From a virus, in the IMG/VR virus record IMGVR_UViG_3300020176_000008, positions 32,608 to 96,607 of that record: a DNA stretch of 64,000 nucleotides. One strand, given 5' to 3'. The notes below the pieces were generated by a model. It saw only the letters and a list, made by a program, of their open reading frames with translations, was not told the DNA's origin and did no database searches. Position numbers and translations under genes: made by a program. Positions 27,516-35,258 of this stretch are shown one piece after another; the stretch's first letter is position 1; each line of letters starts with the position of its first letter.

Positions 27516-28385
27516 GTGATTTTAATTGACTTCAACCAAGTGTGTCTTGCATCTATCATGACGATGCAAAGTGAACTGAAAACTGACGATGCCGCCAAGA
27601 AAAAAGATCTAATTCGTCATATTGCTCTATCATCCATCAAGTCATACAAGAAAAAGTATGCCAAGGATTACGGACAAATCGTAATCGCATCTGACGGACG
27701 TGGATACTGGCGCAAAGATTTCTTTCCCAATTATAAAGCTAGTCGTAAAAAGAATCGTGACAAGTCTGATTTAGATTGGAAATTTATCTTCGACACTTTG
27801 GGCGAGATTCGTGATGACTTACGACAGCACTTTCCATATAAGGTAGTATGCCTAGACAAGTGTGAAGCCGATGATGTAATTGCAGTATTAGCTCTTCAAA
27901 CTCAGGAGTTCGGTCAGCACGAAAATGTAATGATTATTTCTTCTGATAAAGACTTTAAGCAATTGCAGAAGTATGACAATGTAGCACAGTTCAGTCCTAT
28001 GCTTAAAAAGCAAATGAAAGTGTCAAAGAAAGAATTGCGTGAATGGATGATTGAACATATTGTTAAGGGAGATTCCGGTGACGGTGTTCCTAATATTATG
28101 TCTGCCGATGATGTATTCATTATAGAAGAGCGCCAAAAATCAGTAAGCTCTAAGCGTTTAACTGAGTTTATGGATAAAGGATTTGATGCTTGTCAAAATG
28201 ATACTGAACGCCGTAACTGGCATCGCAATTCTACCCTTGTAGATTTTGAATATATACCTGAGGAAGTCAAAACTTCTATCATTACGGAATATGAAAAACC
28301 AGCACAAGGCGACATGAATTCTATCATGAATTACTTGATTAAAAACAAGTGTCGTTTGCTGCTAAATGAAATTGAGGATTTTTAA
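27516..28385 (+). CDS. rnh: RNase H / 5'-3' exonuclease
   Basis: ILIDFNQ, WRKDFFPNYKASR, EADDVIA, ISSDKDFKQLQ, KGDSGDGVPN. Confidence 0.95.
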   Translation: MILIDFNQVCLASIMTMQSELKTDDAAKKKDLIRHIALSSIKSYKKKYAKDYGQIVIASDGRGYWRKDFFPNYKASRKKNRDKSDLDWKFIFDTLGEIRDDLRQHFPYKVVCLDKCEADDVIAVLALQTQEFGQHENVMIISSDKDFKQLQKYDNVAQFSPMLKKQMKVSKKELREWMIEHIVKGDSGDGVPNIMSADDVFIIEERQKSVSSKRLTEFMDKGFDACQNDTERRNWHRNSTLVDFEYIPEEVKTSIITEYEKPAQGDMNSIMNYLIKNKCRLLLNEIEDF

Positions 28386-28386
28386 A

Positions 28387-28830
28387 ATGTCAAGAGAATA
28401 TGTAGTAGAAATTTTAGATACGGTCAACAAAGACCCATCTAAATTAGCAGAGTTTAGAGATAATCCCGCATTGAAATATTTGTTCCAATACGCCTTTATC
28501 CCAGAACAAAAATTTGAATTGCCTGAAGGTGATCCTCCATTTAAAAAGGATGACGGCCCGCTTGGAATGTCTCCTGCAAGTTTTAATCAGGAACTTCGTA
28601 GGTTGTATATCTTCACCAAGTCTCAGCCATTGGCTCAACTTCGTCGCGAAGCATTGTTTATCGAACTATTGGAAAGTGTGCATCCATCTGAGGCAAAAGT
28701 ACTATGTGCTATTAAAGACCAGAAGTTAGATAAACTATACAAGAATATTACTGCAGATCTTGCAGCAGATTACGGTTTCATTGCAAGGCAGGTAAAGGAA
28801 AAAAAGCGTGGAAGACCAAGATCAAAATAA
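28387..28830 (+). CDS. Conserved hypothetical protein (DUF6433-like)
   Basis: LPEGDPPFK...REALFIELLESVHPSEA. Confidence 0.7.
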   Translation: MSREYVVEILDTVNKDPSKLAEFRDNPALKYLFQYAFIPEQKFELPEGDPPFKKDDGPLGMSPASFNQELRRLYIFTKSQPLAQLRREALFIELLESVHPSEAKVLCAIKDQKLDKLYKNITADLAADYGFIARQVKEKKRGRPRSK

Positions 28831-29029
28831 CTTTGAGTTCATTCTATCAATGGGTGACAATGAACTCAAAGCATGGTTGGAAGATTTACCAGAAGAATAC
28901 ATGACGTATGTAGAGATACTATTGGAAAAGGTTGAATTTCAGATGGACAAATTGCTGATGTTAACCTCTGACTATGTAGACTCCGCTGAAGTGATTAGAA
29001 AGATTAAAGATGGTATATCAAATTCTTAA
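28808..29029 (+). CDS. Hypothetical protein
   Basis: Fills gap, overlaps ligase start. Confidence 0.5.
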   Translation: MEDQDQNNFEFILSMGDNELKAWLEDLPEEYMTYVEILLEKVEFQMDKLLMLTSDYVDSAEVIRKIKDGISNS

Positions 29030-30311
29030 GGATATTGAAGCTACTCCTTCTCGATTGGAGAAGGAAGCTATCCTAAAAGCCAACAGTATGAATAATATTT
29101 TGAAAGAAGTCTTTCGTCTCGCTTACGATCCCTTCACCCAGTTTTATATTCGTAAGATTCCACAATACAAGCAAATTGAAAACGTCAATATTGGTTTACC
29201 TGAAGCTTTAAATCAACTTAGTCTGTTGTCTATGAGGAAAGTGACGGGTAATGCTGGTATAGAGCATTTACGTAATATTTTATGTAATGTACCAGAAACC
29301 ACTGCAAAAGTTATTGAATTAGTTATAGGTAAAGATTTACGTTGCGGTGCATCAGCATCTACAGCAAATAAGATCTGGCCTAAACTAATTCATGAATACC
29401 CATGCATGTTATGTTCTCCGGCCGATGAGAAAACACTTGGAAAGATGAAGTGGCCTGCAATGGTCCAACTTAAAATGGATGGCATGAGATTTAACGCTAT
29501 TGTAAAAGATGGCTTAGTAGATTATCGTAGTCGCAATGGAAAAGAAATCCAAGGGATTTCACATCTAGACGAATTCTTTATTGCATTATCCGGATATAAG
29601 AATAAAGTATACGATGGCGAACTTTTAATTGAAGCAGATGATGGCGCAGTATGTGACCGTCAAACTGGTAATGGCATCCTCAACAAAGCAGTGAAAGGCA
29701 CGATTACTGCATCAGAAGCTAAATTAGTTCGTGCGACTATTTGGGATGTGATTGACTATGAAGATTTTATTAGTGGTTATAGTAGTGTTCCTTACAGGAA
29801 TCGTATTGCGTATCTTAAGAGCTTTATTCATGGTAGCTCCGTCAGGTTGGTGGAACATGAAATTGTCTCAGAGATTGCTGATGCTCGAGCGGCGTTTGAC
29901 CGTTATCTTGCTGACGGCCAAGAGGGAATTATACTCAAGGACATAGACAGTCCATGGGAAGATAAACGAGTTAAGCATCAGCTAAAATTCAAAGCCGAAC
30001 TTGACTGTGATTTGGAGATAATTGGCTATGAAGAAGGCACTGGAAAATATGTTGGAAAGCTTGGCGCACTTATATGTAGCTCCAGACAATCGGACACTAT
30101 CCCTATCACCGTCTCTATTGGTTCTGGGTTTAGCGATAGTCTTAGAGATAGTCTTTGGATCGACCGCGATAATCTCATTGGTAGGATTGTGGCAGTAGTA
30201 TATAATGCCAAGATTGAGAATAAACAAGGTGGGAAGTCGCTATTCCTTCCTAGGTTTATTGAGATTCGAGAAGATAAAACGATCCCGGATACAGAGTCAG
30301 ATATAAAATGA
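29010..30311 (+). CDS. 30: ATP-dependent DNA ligase
   Basis: QLKMDGMR, VYDGEL, EGIILKD, KFK, SLFLPRF. Confidence 0.95.
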   Translation: MVYQILKDIEATPSRLEKEAILKANSMNNILKEVFRLAYDPFTQFYIRKIPQYKQIENVNIGLPEALNQLSLLSMRKVTGNAGIEHLRNILCNVPETTAKVIELVIGKDLRCGASASTANKIWPKLIHEYPCMLCSPADEKTLGKMKWPAMVQLKMDGMRFNAIVKDGLVDYRSRNGKEIQGISHLDEFFIALSGYKNKVYDGELLIEADDGAVCDRQTGNGILNKAVKGTITASEAKLVRATIWDVIDYEDFISGYSSVPYRNRIAYLKSFIHGSSVRLVEHEIVSEIADARAAFDRYLADGQEGIILKDIDSPWEDKRVKHQLKFKAELDCDLEIIGYEEGTGKYVGKLGALICSSRQSDTIPITVSIGSGFSDSLRDSLWIDRDNLIGRIVAVVYNAKIENKQGGKSLFLPRFIEIREDKTIPDTESDIK

Positions 30312-30514
30312 AAAGAAAAAGTAAAATATTCAAAGACGGCAAAGAGGTCGGTTGGGCCAAGTCTGACTATGGTGCAATTAACAATGTGATTAATTCATGT
30401 TTTCAACACAAGTTTGATATAACTTTATTTGAAGTCCGAGATTATTTTACTGATGAAGTACTCTGGAAGGGTGCAGATTATATAAATAGTATGAAGGCAC
30501 AGGAACAGCCTTAA
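30308..30514 (+). CDS. Hypothetical protein
   Basis: Overlaps ligase stop. Confidence 0.5.
   Translation: MKRKSKIFKDGKEVGWAKSDYGAINNVINSCFQHKFDITLFEVRDYFTDEVLWKGADYINSMKAQEQP
30481..30488 (+). promoter_or_regulatory. T4-type late promoter
   Basis: TATAAATA upstream of a small-ORF operon. Confidence 0.6.
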
Positions 30515-30544
30515 TGTTCCATACACACACACAAGGAGGTACAT

Positions 30545-30757
30545 ATGTACACATTAAAAGCTGTGGCGCAGCACAATGCCGAATTCATCAATTCATTTGT
30601 TGATCTTAAAGTAGAAGGCTGGAAAGCTTTCGAAAAAGCATTCAACGCATATACCTACTCTTTCTATAAAGATCAGATTGCTAAAGGCGGAGAAGTTGTT
30701 CAAAAAACAGCTGATATCGTTAAGCAAATCAATAAAGGAGTAGTCGATCATGTCTAA
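30545..30757 (+). CDS. Small amphipathic helical protein
   Basis: Strong AAGGAGG RBS. Confidence 0.65.
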   Translation: MYTLKAVAQHNAEFINSFVDLKVEGWKAFEKAFNAYTYSFYKDQIAKGGEVVQKTADIVKQINKGVVDHV

Positions 30758-30968
30758 AAATCCCTTCGAAATCCGCTCTGAAATGCTTCATATGGCTAAA
30801 GACTACATGGACAAACAGTGGGAAATGAACTATGTGTTCACCCAGCAAATGTTTGAACAAGGTAAGAAAACAGCCGAAGAAATGCAGGCTGCTTTGGCAC
30901 CTTATTCGACCGATGAATTGATGAAAAAGGCTACGGAATTTTATTCTTTCGTATCTAAGAAAGACTAA
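30750..30968 (+). CDS. Conserved small hypothetical protein
   Basis: MSKNPFEIRSEML...A.EFYSFVS. Confidence 0.65.
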   Translation: MSKNPFEIRSEMLHMAKDYMDKQWEMNYVFTQQMFEQGKKTAEEMQAALAPYSTDELMKKATEFYSFVSKKD

Positions 30969-31106
30969 TCATGTGGCCCGTTTCCGACGAGGAATGGGAA
31001 ACTTGGTTTAATCAGCCTACAGGTCCCATCTACAAATAAGAAATCGCCGCCTGGGTGAGTGATCCTTGCCCAGGCATTTTCGCGTGTAAAATCTCAAAAG
31101 GATTAT

Positions 31107-31262
31107 ATGAAAACAATAATTAAAAAAATTATGGCGGCACTAACGCCGACACCCCACTATCAATTTGAAGCATTCATTATCAGTAAAAACCCACAGTCTT
31201 CTGCAGAAGTAGAATATTGGGCTCGTATATACGAGCGCAAAAATGGAGGGTTCATCGTATGA
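31107..31262 (+). CDS. Small hypothetical protein
   Basis: AAGGA RBS; FIISKNPQSSAEVEYWARIY. Confidence 0.55.
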   Translation: MKTIIKKIMAALTPTPHYQFEAFIISKNPQSSAEVEYWARIYERKNGGFIV

Positions 31263-31378
31263 AGATTCTACGTAATGTTCAAACGTTTTTTGCGTCTATC
31301 GGTAAAGCTAGAGCTGCCGCTGAACTAACCAGACTAGGTCGTCGCGACTTAGCTCTGTTGATACTTAAAAATGATTAA
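31259..31378 (+). CDS. Small protein, loosely DUF1127-like (39 aa, not in ORF track)
   Basis: MKILRNVQTFFASIGKARAAAELTRLGRRDLALLILKND; ATGA overlap. Confidence 0.5.
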   Translation: MKILRNVQTFFASIGKARAAAELTRLGRRDLALLILKND

Positions 31379-31403
31379 TATAATACTAGGGTATTAAATT
31401 TTT

Positions 31404-31425
31404 AGGGGTCTTCGGACCCCTTTTT
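31404..31425 (+). terminator. Rho-independent terminator
   Basis: AGGGGTC-TTCG-GACCCCT-TTTT. Confidence 0.92.
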
Positions 31426-31472
31426 AGTACCTAAGTATTACAAAAATAGTATACTTTTTTAGTGTACTACTA

Positions 31473-31501
31473 TGTACAAGAATTCGATATTTTGTTATAA
31501 T
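31473..31501 (+). promoter_or_regulatory. Early-type promoter
   Basis: TGTACA, 17 nt, TATAAT. Confidence 0.8.
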
Positions 31502-31531
31502 TAATCCATAGACAAACAGAGGACTATTAAC

Positions 31532-31825
31532 ATGATTCGTCAATCCACATCTTATCGTTTTACCGCCGATATAATGTCTGCTTCTGATATGATTCAAATC
31601 GGTGAATTGAGAAAAAATATTTCTGCTTTAAATAAAATTTCAAAGAAAAAATACCGTGTTGTACTGCGCGGCCGCAAACCTTTTTTTAAAAAGTCTGTCA
31701 ACGTATATCCTTATGGCACTGGAATGCGCAAAAATGCTTTGCGCTCTCACGACTATTTTGGTAATATTGTTGGCGGCCTTGCAAATGCATCACGTGTCGA
31801 TGTGTATGTATACGAACGTTATTAA
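31532..31825 (+). CDS. Conserved hypothetical protein
   Basis: GAGG RBS; YRVVLRGRKP...DVYVY. Confidence 0.6.
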   Translation: MIRQSTSYRFTADIMSASDMIQIGELRKNISALNKISKKKYRVVLRGRKPFFKKSVNVYPYGTGMRKNALRSHDYFGNIVGGLANASRVDVYVYERY

Positions 31826-31836
31826 GGAGAAATCAA

Positions 31837-32166
31837 ATGTCTAAATTGTTGATTGCTACTCAGTACTGCGAGAATTATGGTTCACCTAACGATCCATATT
31901 GGAAGATGAAGGGCGGATCCGAATACGTGGTCGAGGGTCTAGATTTTGATGCCGACTACGAATGGGCAGAAGTTCGTGTTGATCAAATCCTGACCAAGAT
32001 TCGGGATCAAGTTGAAATCTCCAACCCTATGTGTGAGGAATACATCCTCGGTTGGTCTATTGTTGCCGACGACTATTTGACCGATTACGAACGCAGTCAA
32101 CTCGAGTTCGACGGCAAGATTGATTTTCCTGCGAAAATTATTGTTATCGATGAAATGTGTGTATAA
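31837..32166 (+). CDS. Conserved hypothetical protein
   Basis: AAGGAG RBS; TQYCENYG...YWKMKGGSEY. Confidence 0.65.
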   Translation: MSKLLIATQYCENYGSPNDPYWKMKGGSEYVVEGLDFDADYEWAEVRVDQILTKIRDQVEISNPMCEEYILGWSIVADDYLTDYERSQLEFDGKIDFPAKIIVIDEMCV

Positions 32167-32232
32167 ATATTTCGCGCGTTGAAGAATGCATTATCTATAA
32201 AATAATAAAAAGTGTATAATTGATTTTGATTA

Positions 32233-32307
32233 GCCGGATTAGCTCAGTGGTAGAGCAACCGCCTTGTAAGCGGTAGGTCGTCAGTTCGAACCCGACATCC
32301 GGCACCA
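32233..32307 (+). tRNA. tRNA-Thr(UGU)
   Basis: Cloverleaf, ACCGC-CTTGTAA-GCGGT, GTTCGAA, encoded CCA. Confidence 0.95.
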
Positions 32308-32308
32308 T

Positions 32309-32384
32309 TCCTCGATAGCTCAGTTGGTAGAGCAGCAGACTGTTAATCTGTTGGTCGTAGGTTCGAGCCCTACTCGAGGAGCCA
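32309..32384 (+). tRNA. tRNA-Asn(GUU)
   Basis: TCCTCGA/TCGAGGA acceptor, GCAGA-CTGTTAA-TCTGT, CCA. Confidence 0.95.
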
Positions 32385-32389
32385 TTTTT

Positions 32390-32474
32390 GGAAGTGCCGC
32401 CGTAATGGTATGGCAGCGGACTGTAACTCCGCCGACGTAAGTCACAATAGGTTCGATCCCTATCACTTCCACCA
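32390..32474 (+). tRNA. tRNA-Tyr(GUA)
   Basis: GGAAGTG/CACTTCC, GCGGA-CTGTAAC-TCCGC, long variable arm, CCA. Confidence 0.93.
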
Positions 32475-32529
32475 AAGATGTATATAATACAAATTGTGTT
32501 ATAATAAGAAAGAACCCATGCAAGTGCCT

Positions 32530-32607
32530 CGGAGATTAGGAGAGTCTGGTTAATCCGCTCGGTTTGGGACCGAGAAATCGTAGGTTCGAATCCTACATCT
32601 CCGACCA
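32530..32607 (+). tRNA. tRNA-Pro(UGG)
   Basis: CGGAGAT/ATCTCCG, CTCGG-TTTGGGA-CCGAG, CCA. Confidence 0.95.
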
Positions 32608-32614
32608 TTATTAC

Positions 32615-32722
32615 ACGCCTCGCAGCGTAATTCAACGAAAGTTGAACGTGCAAATCGAGTTGACTCTAGTCAATTTTTACGGTGATTACGATAAAATCAC
32701 GACGGAAGTTCGTAACCGTCAC
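32615..32722 (+). ncRNA. Candidate structured RNA between tRNA-Pro and tRNA-Leu
   Basis: Four consecutive hairpins, one with a GAAA tetraloop; no plausible ORF on +. Confidence 0.45.
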
Positions 32723-32730
32723 TAACAAAA

Positions 32731-32815
32731 GCGGGTGTGGCGTAATTGGTAGCCGCACTAGATTTAGGTTCTAGCGTTGAAAGACGTGGGGGTTCGAGTC
32801 CCTTCACCCGCACCA
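32731..32815 (+). tRNA. tRNA-Leu(UAG)
   Basis: GCGGGTG/CACCCGC, CTAGA-TTTAGGT-TCTAG, long variable arm, CCA. Confidence 0.95.
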
Positions 32816-32842
32816 TACATTTTTATTAAGGAGTATGTTATA

Positions 32843-32971
32843 ATGGCAGCTGTAAAAGGAAAAGAAGTACGCCGCAAGGTGCATAAAGGAACTTGCCAAA
32901 ATGGTAGTAAAACTGCCAGTGCAAATAAATGTCGTAAAGATCACAAAAAATATCGCGGTCAAGGCCGTTAA
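32843..32971 (+). CDS. Small basic protein
   Basis: AAGGAG RBS; ends KKYRGQGR. Confidence 0.6.
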   Translation: MAAVKGKEVRRKVHKGTCQNGSKTASANKCRKDHKKYRGQGR

Positions 32972-32979
32972 TTAACAAT

Positions 32980-33064
32980 GCGACTGTGGTGAAATTGGTA
33001 TACACAACAGACTTAAAATCTGTCGACGCAAGTCATGCCAGTTCGATTCTGGCCAGTCGCACCA
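32980..33064 (+). tRNA. tRNA-Leu(UAA)
   Basis: GCGACTG/CAGTCGC, ACAGA-CTTAAAA-TCTGT, CCA. Confidence 0.95.
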
Positions 33065-33077
33065 TTTGGAGAATATA

Positions 33078-33617
33078 ATGAGTTTGAAATTTGTGCCTGA
33101 CACGACATTTTATATGCGTGTTCGTGATGAGAGTATCGGAGGAGATAATCCTTTCCGATGGGAATTGCAAACAAGTAAAGACTTGTTTTTAAATAAGCGC
33201 GTAGTAATCTTTTCACTTCCAGGAGCATTTACTCCTACATGTTCTACATTCCAGGTTCCTGGGTTTGAGGCGGCATACGAGGAGATTCGTTCTCTTGGCA
33301 TTGACGAAGTTTATGTCGTATCTGTTAATGATGCATTCGTTATGCGTAAATGGATGATCGACCAAAAAGTAGAAAAGCTGAAAGCGCTACCGGATGGTAA
33401 TGGCGAATTTACTACCGGAATGGGAATGCTTGTTAGCAAAAAGAATCTCGGCTTTGGTTACCGCTCATGGCGTTATGCGGCAGTCATCAAAGATTGCATC
33501 GTAGAACGTACGTTTGTGGAACCAGGTATTATGGATCTTGCACCAGGTGATCCATATGGAGAGACACATCCAGATACAGTTGTTAACTATCTAAAAGCTG
33601 TAGCAAATCTAGTATAA
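33078..33617 (+). CDS. Peroxiredoxin (Prx5-like)
   Basis: SLPGAFTPTCS, VSVNDAFVM, DGNGEF, RSWRYA. Confidence 0.93.
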   Translation: MSLKFVPDTTFYMRVRDESIGGDNPFRWELQTSKDLFLNKRVVIFSLPGAFTPTCSTFQVPGFEAAYEEIRSLGIDEVYVVSVNDAFVMRKWMIDQKVEKLKALPDGNGEFTTGMGMLVSKKNLGFGYRSWRYAAVIKDCIVERTFVEPGIMDLAPGDPYGETHPDTVVNYLKAVANLV

Positions 33618-33689
33618 GATACTGCCGTGTGAAGGCACGGGGAGTCTACGGACTCCCCACCTATACTTCAATAATCCCTGAATTATATT

Positions 33690-33797
33690 ATGAAAAATGT
33701 TATAATAATTTTTATTAGTCTTATGATGGCTTCTTGTGCAGTCACTAGATATTCTGTGGATGTTAGATTTCCTTCAGGTAACATAAGTATAAGGTAG
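33690..33797 (+). CDS. Small lipoprotein (35 aa, not in ORF track)
   Basis: MKNVIIIFISLMMAS-CAVTRY... lipobox. Confidence 0.5.
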   Translation: MKNVIIIFISLMMASCAVTRYSVDVRFPSGNISIR

Positions 33798-33801
33798 ATT
33801 C

Positions 33802-33878
33802 CTGCCCTTAGCTCAGTTGGATAGAGCAACAGCCTTCTAAGCTGTGGGTCGGGAGTTCGAACCTCTCAGGGCAGGCCA
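33802..33878 (+). tRNA. tRNA-Arg(UCU)
   Basis: CTGCCCT/AGGGCAG, ACAGC-CTTCTAA-GCTGT, CCA. Confidence 0.95.
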
Positions 33879-33879
33879 T

Positions 33880-33953
33880 GCGGGATTAGTTTAATGGGAA
33901 AACTGTAGATTTCCAATCTTCCGTTAGGAGTTCGATTCTCCTATCCCGCTCCA
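33880..33953 (+). tRNA. tRNA-Gly(UCC)
   Basis: GCGGGAT/ATCCCGC, anticodon loop TTTCCAA (one U-U mismatch in stem), U discriminator, CCA. Confidence 0.88.
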
Positions 33954-33971
33954 TTTATAAAAGGTAGAATT

Positions 33972-34943
33972 ATGGGTAAAGCTTTATACCAAGTTACGCA
34001 GAGTGAAACTAACAAAGATTTATATTTAGGTATGGATCGTGCAGATGGGCGCGACTACTACCTCGATATGTGGGGTACATATAAATCTAGGTTTGGTACA
34101 CCAGTAGTAGAAGAGTATGAAGACAAATATATTCTACGTGCAGATCTTGCACCAGGCGGACTAAAAGCTTTCGGCGGTGAGCGCGTGATATCTGATTCTC
34201 CTCGCGATACATTTGTATACGTAGCTCCACGTCAAGGTCACGCTCCCGACGCAATCGCTGCTATTGCTCGTGAATACGGCAAGAAGGTTGTATTCTTTAT
34301 GCCAGCATCTAAGCAAGTATCAGATCACCAAGGATCTGTATTTGCTTATGAGAACGTTGAAGTTCGGTTCTTTAAGACAGCAGCAATGCCTATGTTAAAT
34401 GGTTATGCAAAGAAGTGGGCTATCCAACGCGGATATGGATACATTCCATTTGGATTTAAAGAGACTCCAATTGTTACCGCTGGACTCATCAACATGTGTC
34501 GAACAGTGTCCAACGATCTTGGCAAGGATCCTGCAGAAATCTATTGCGCAGTATCAACTGGTACGATGATTCGCGCACTTCAACTCGGTTGGCCGAATGC
34601 CACTCCAAGAGGCGTTGCGGTTGCTCGCAATATTAAAGATGGCGAGAAGGGTGAAGCTATTATAGAGTCCGCAACAATCCCCTTTCTCACAAAGACCCCT
34701 GACGCAGATACCATGCCATTTCCCACGACTGGTGCTTATGATGCAAAAGCTTGGTATCTATTTAAGCGTGACGCAAAGCCAGGATCGATATTTATTAATG
34801 TTGGATCCGATGCACAGATCAATAGGAACCTAAAATACGTCAATACAGAATCTATAAATTCTCAAAGAGAATGGAACGATCTTGGCGATTGGGAAGTTAA
34901 TAGAAGTCTTAAAGACGGATATACTAGTCATTTAATCACATAA
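33972..34943 (+). CDS. PLP-dependent fold-type II enzyme (D-cysteine desulfhydrase/ACC deaminase-like)
   Basis: LRADLAPGGLKA (PLP Lys), VSTGTM phosphate loop, YDAKA, FINVG. Confidence 0.75.
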   Translation: MGKALYQVTQSETNKDLYLGMDRADGRDYYLDMWGTYKSRFGTPVVEEYEDKYILRADLAPGGLKAFGGERVISDSPRDTFVYVAPRQGHAPDAIAAIAREYGKKVVFFMPASKQVSDHQGSVFAYENVEVRFFKTAAMPMLNGYAKKWAIQRGYGYIPFGFKETPIVTAGLINMCRTVSNDLGKDPAEIYCAVSTGTMIRALQLGWPNATPRGVAVARNIKDGEKGEAIIESATIPFLTKTPDADTMPFPTTGAYDAKAWYLFKRDAKPGSIFINVGSDAQINRNLKYVNTESINSQREWNDLGDWEVNRSLKDGYTSHLIT

Positions 34944-34952
34944 GGAATCGAT

Positions 34953-35258
34953 ATGAAAAAACTATTATTAACAATTGCTCTTGCCGTGACTGCAACTGTA
35001 TCTATGGCAGATACCCGTGCTCTTGCACAAAAAAATATGTGTTTAGCTTGTCATGCTGTGGACAAGAAACTGGTTGGGCCAGCATATAAAGATGTGGCTG
35101 CTAAATACGCAGGACGCAAAGACGCAGTTGAATATTTGACTAAGAAAATTAAATCAGGAGGTAGTGGTGTATGGGGTGTAATTCCTATGCCTGCACAACC
35201 TCAATTAACTGATGCCCAGGTTAAAGAATTGGCAGAATGGGTACTTAAAACAAAATGA
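34953..35258 (+). CDS. Periplasmic cytochrome c (c551/c552-type)
   Basis: Sec signal peptide, CLACH heme motif, VGPAYKDVAAKY, WGVIPMP axial Met. Confidence 0.93.
   Translation: MKKLLLTIALAVTATVSMADTRALAQKNMCLACHAVDKKLVGPAYKDVAAKYAGRKDAVEYLTKKIKSGGSGVWGVIPMPAQPQLTDAQVKELAEWVLKTK

Noticed and set aside
32195-32653. Minus-strand ORFs over the tRNA cluster (also 32320..32523 and 33013..33228)
   Set aside because: Translations of tRNA reverse complements
32731-32815. Amber suppressor tRNA or recoded genome
   Set aside because: The anticodon UAG reads Leu CUA; a suppressor would be CUA; core genes read through intact in the standard code
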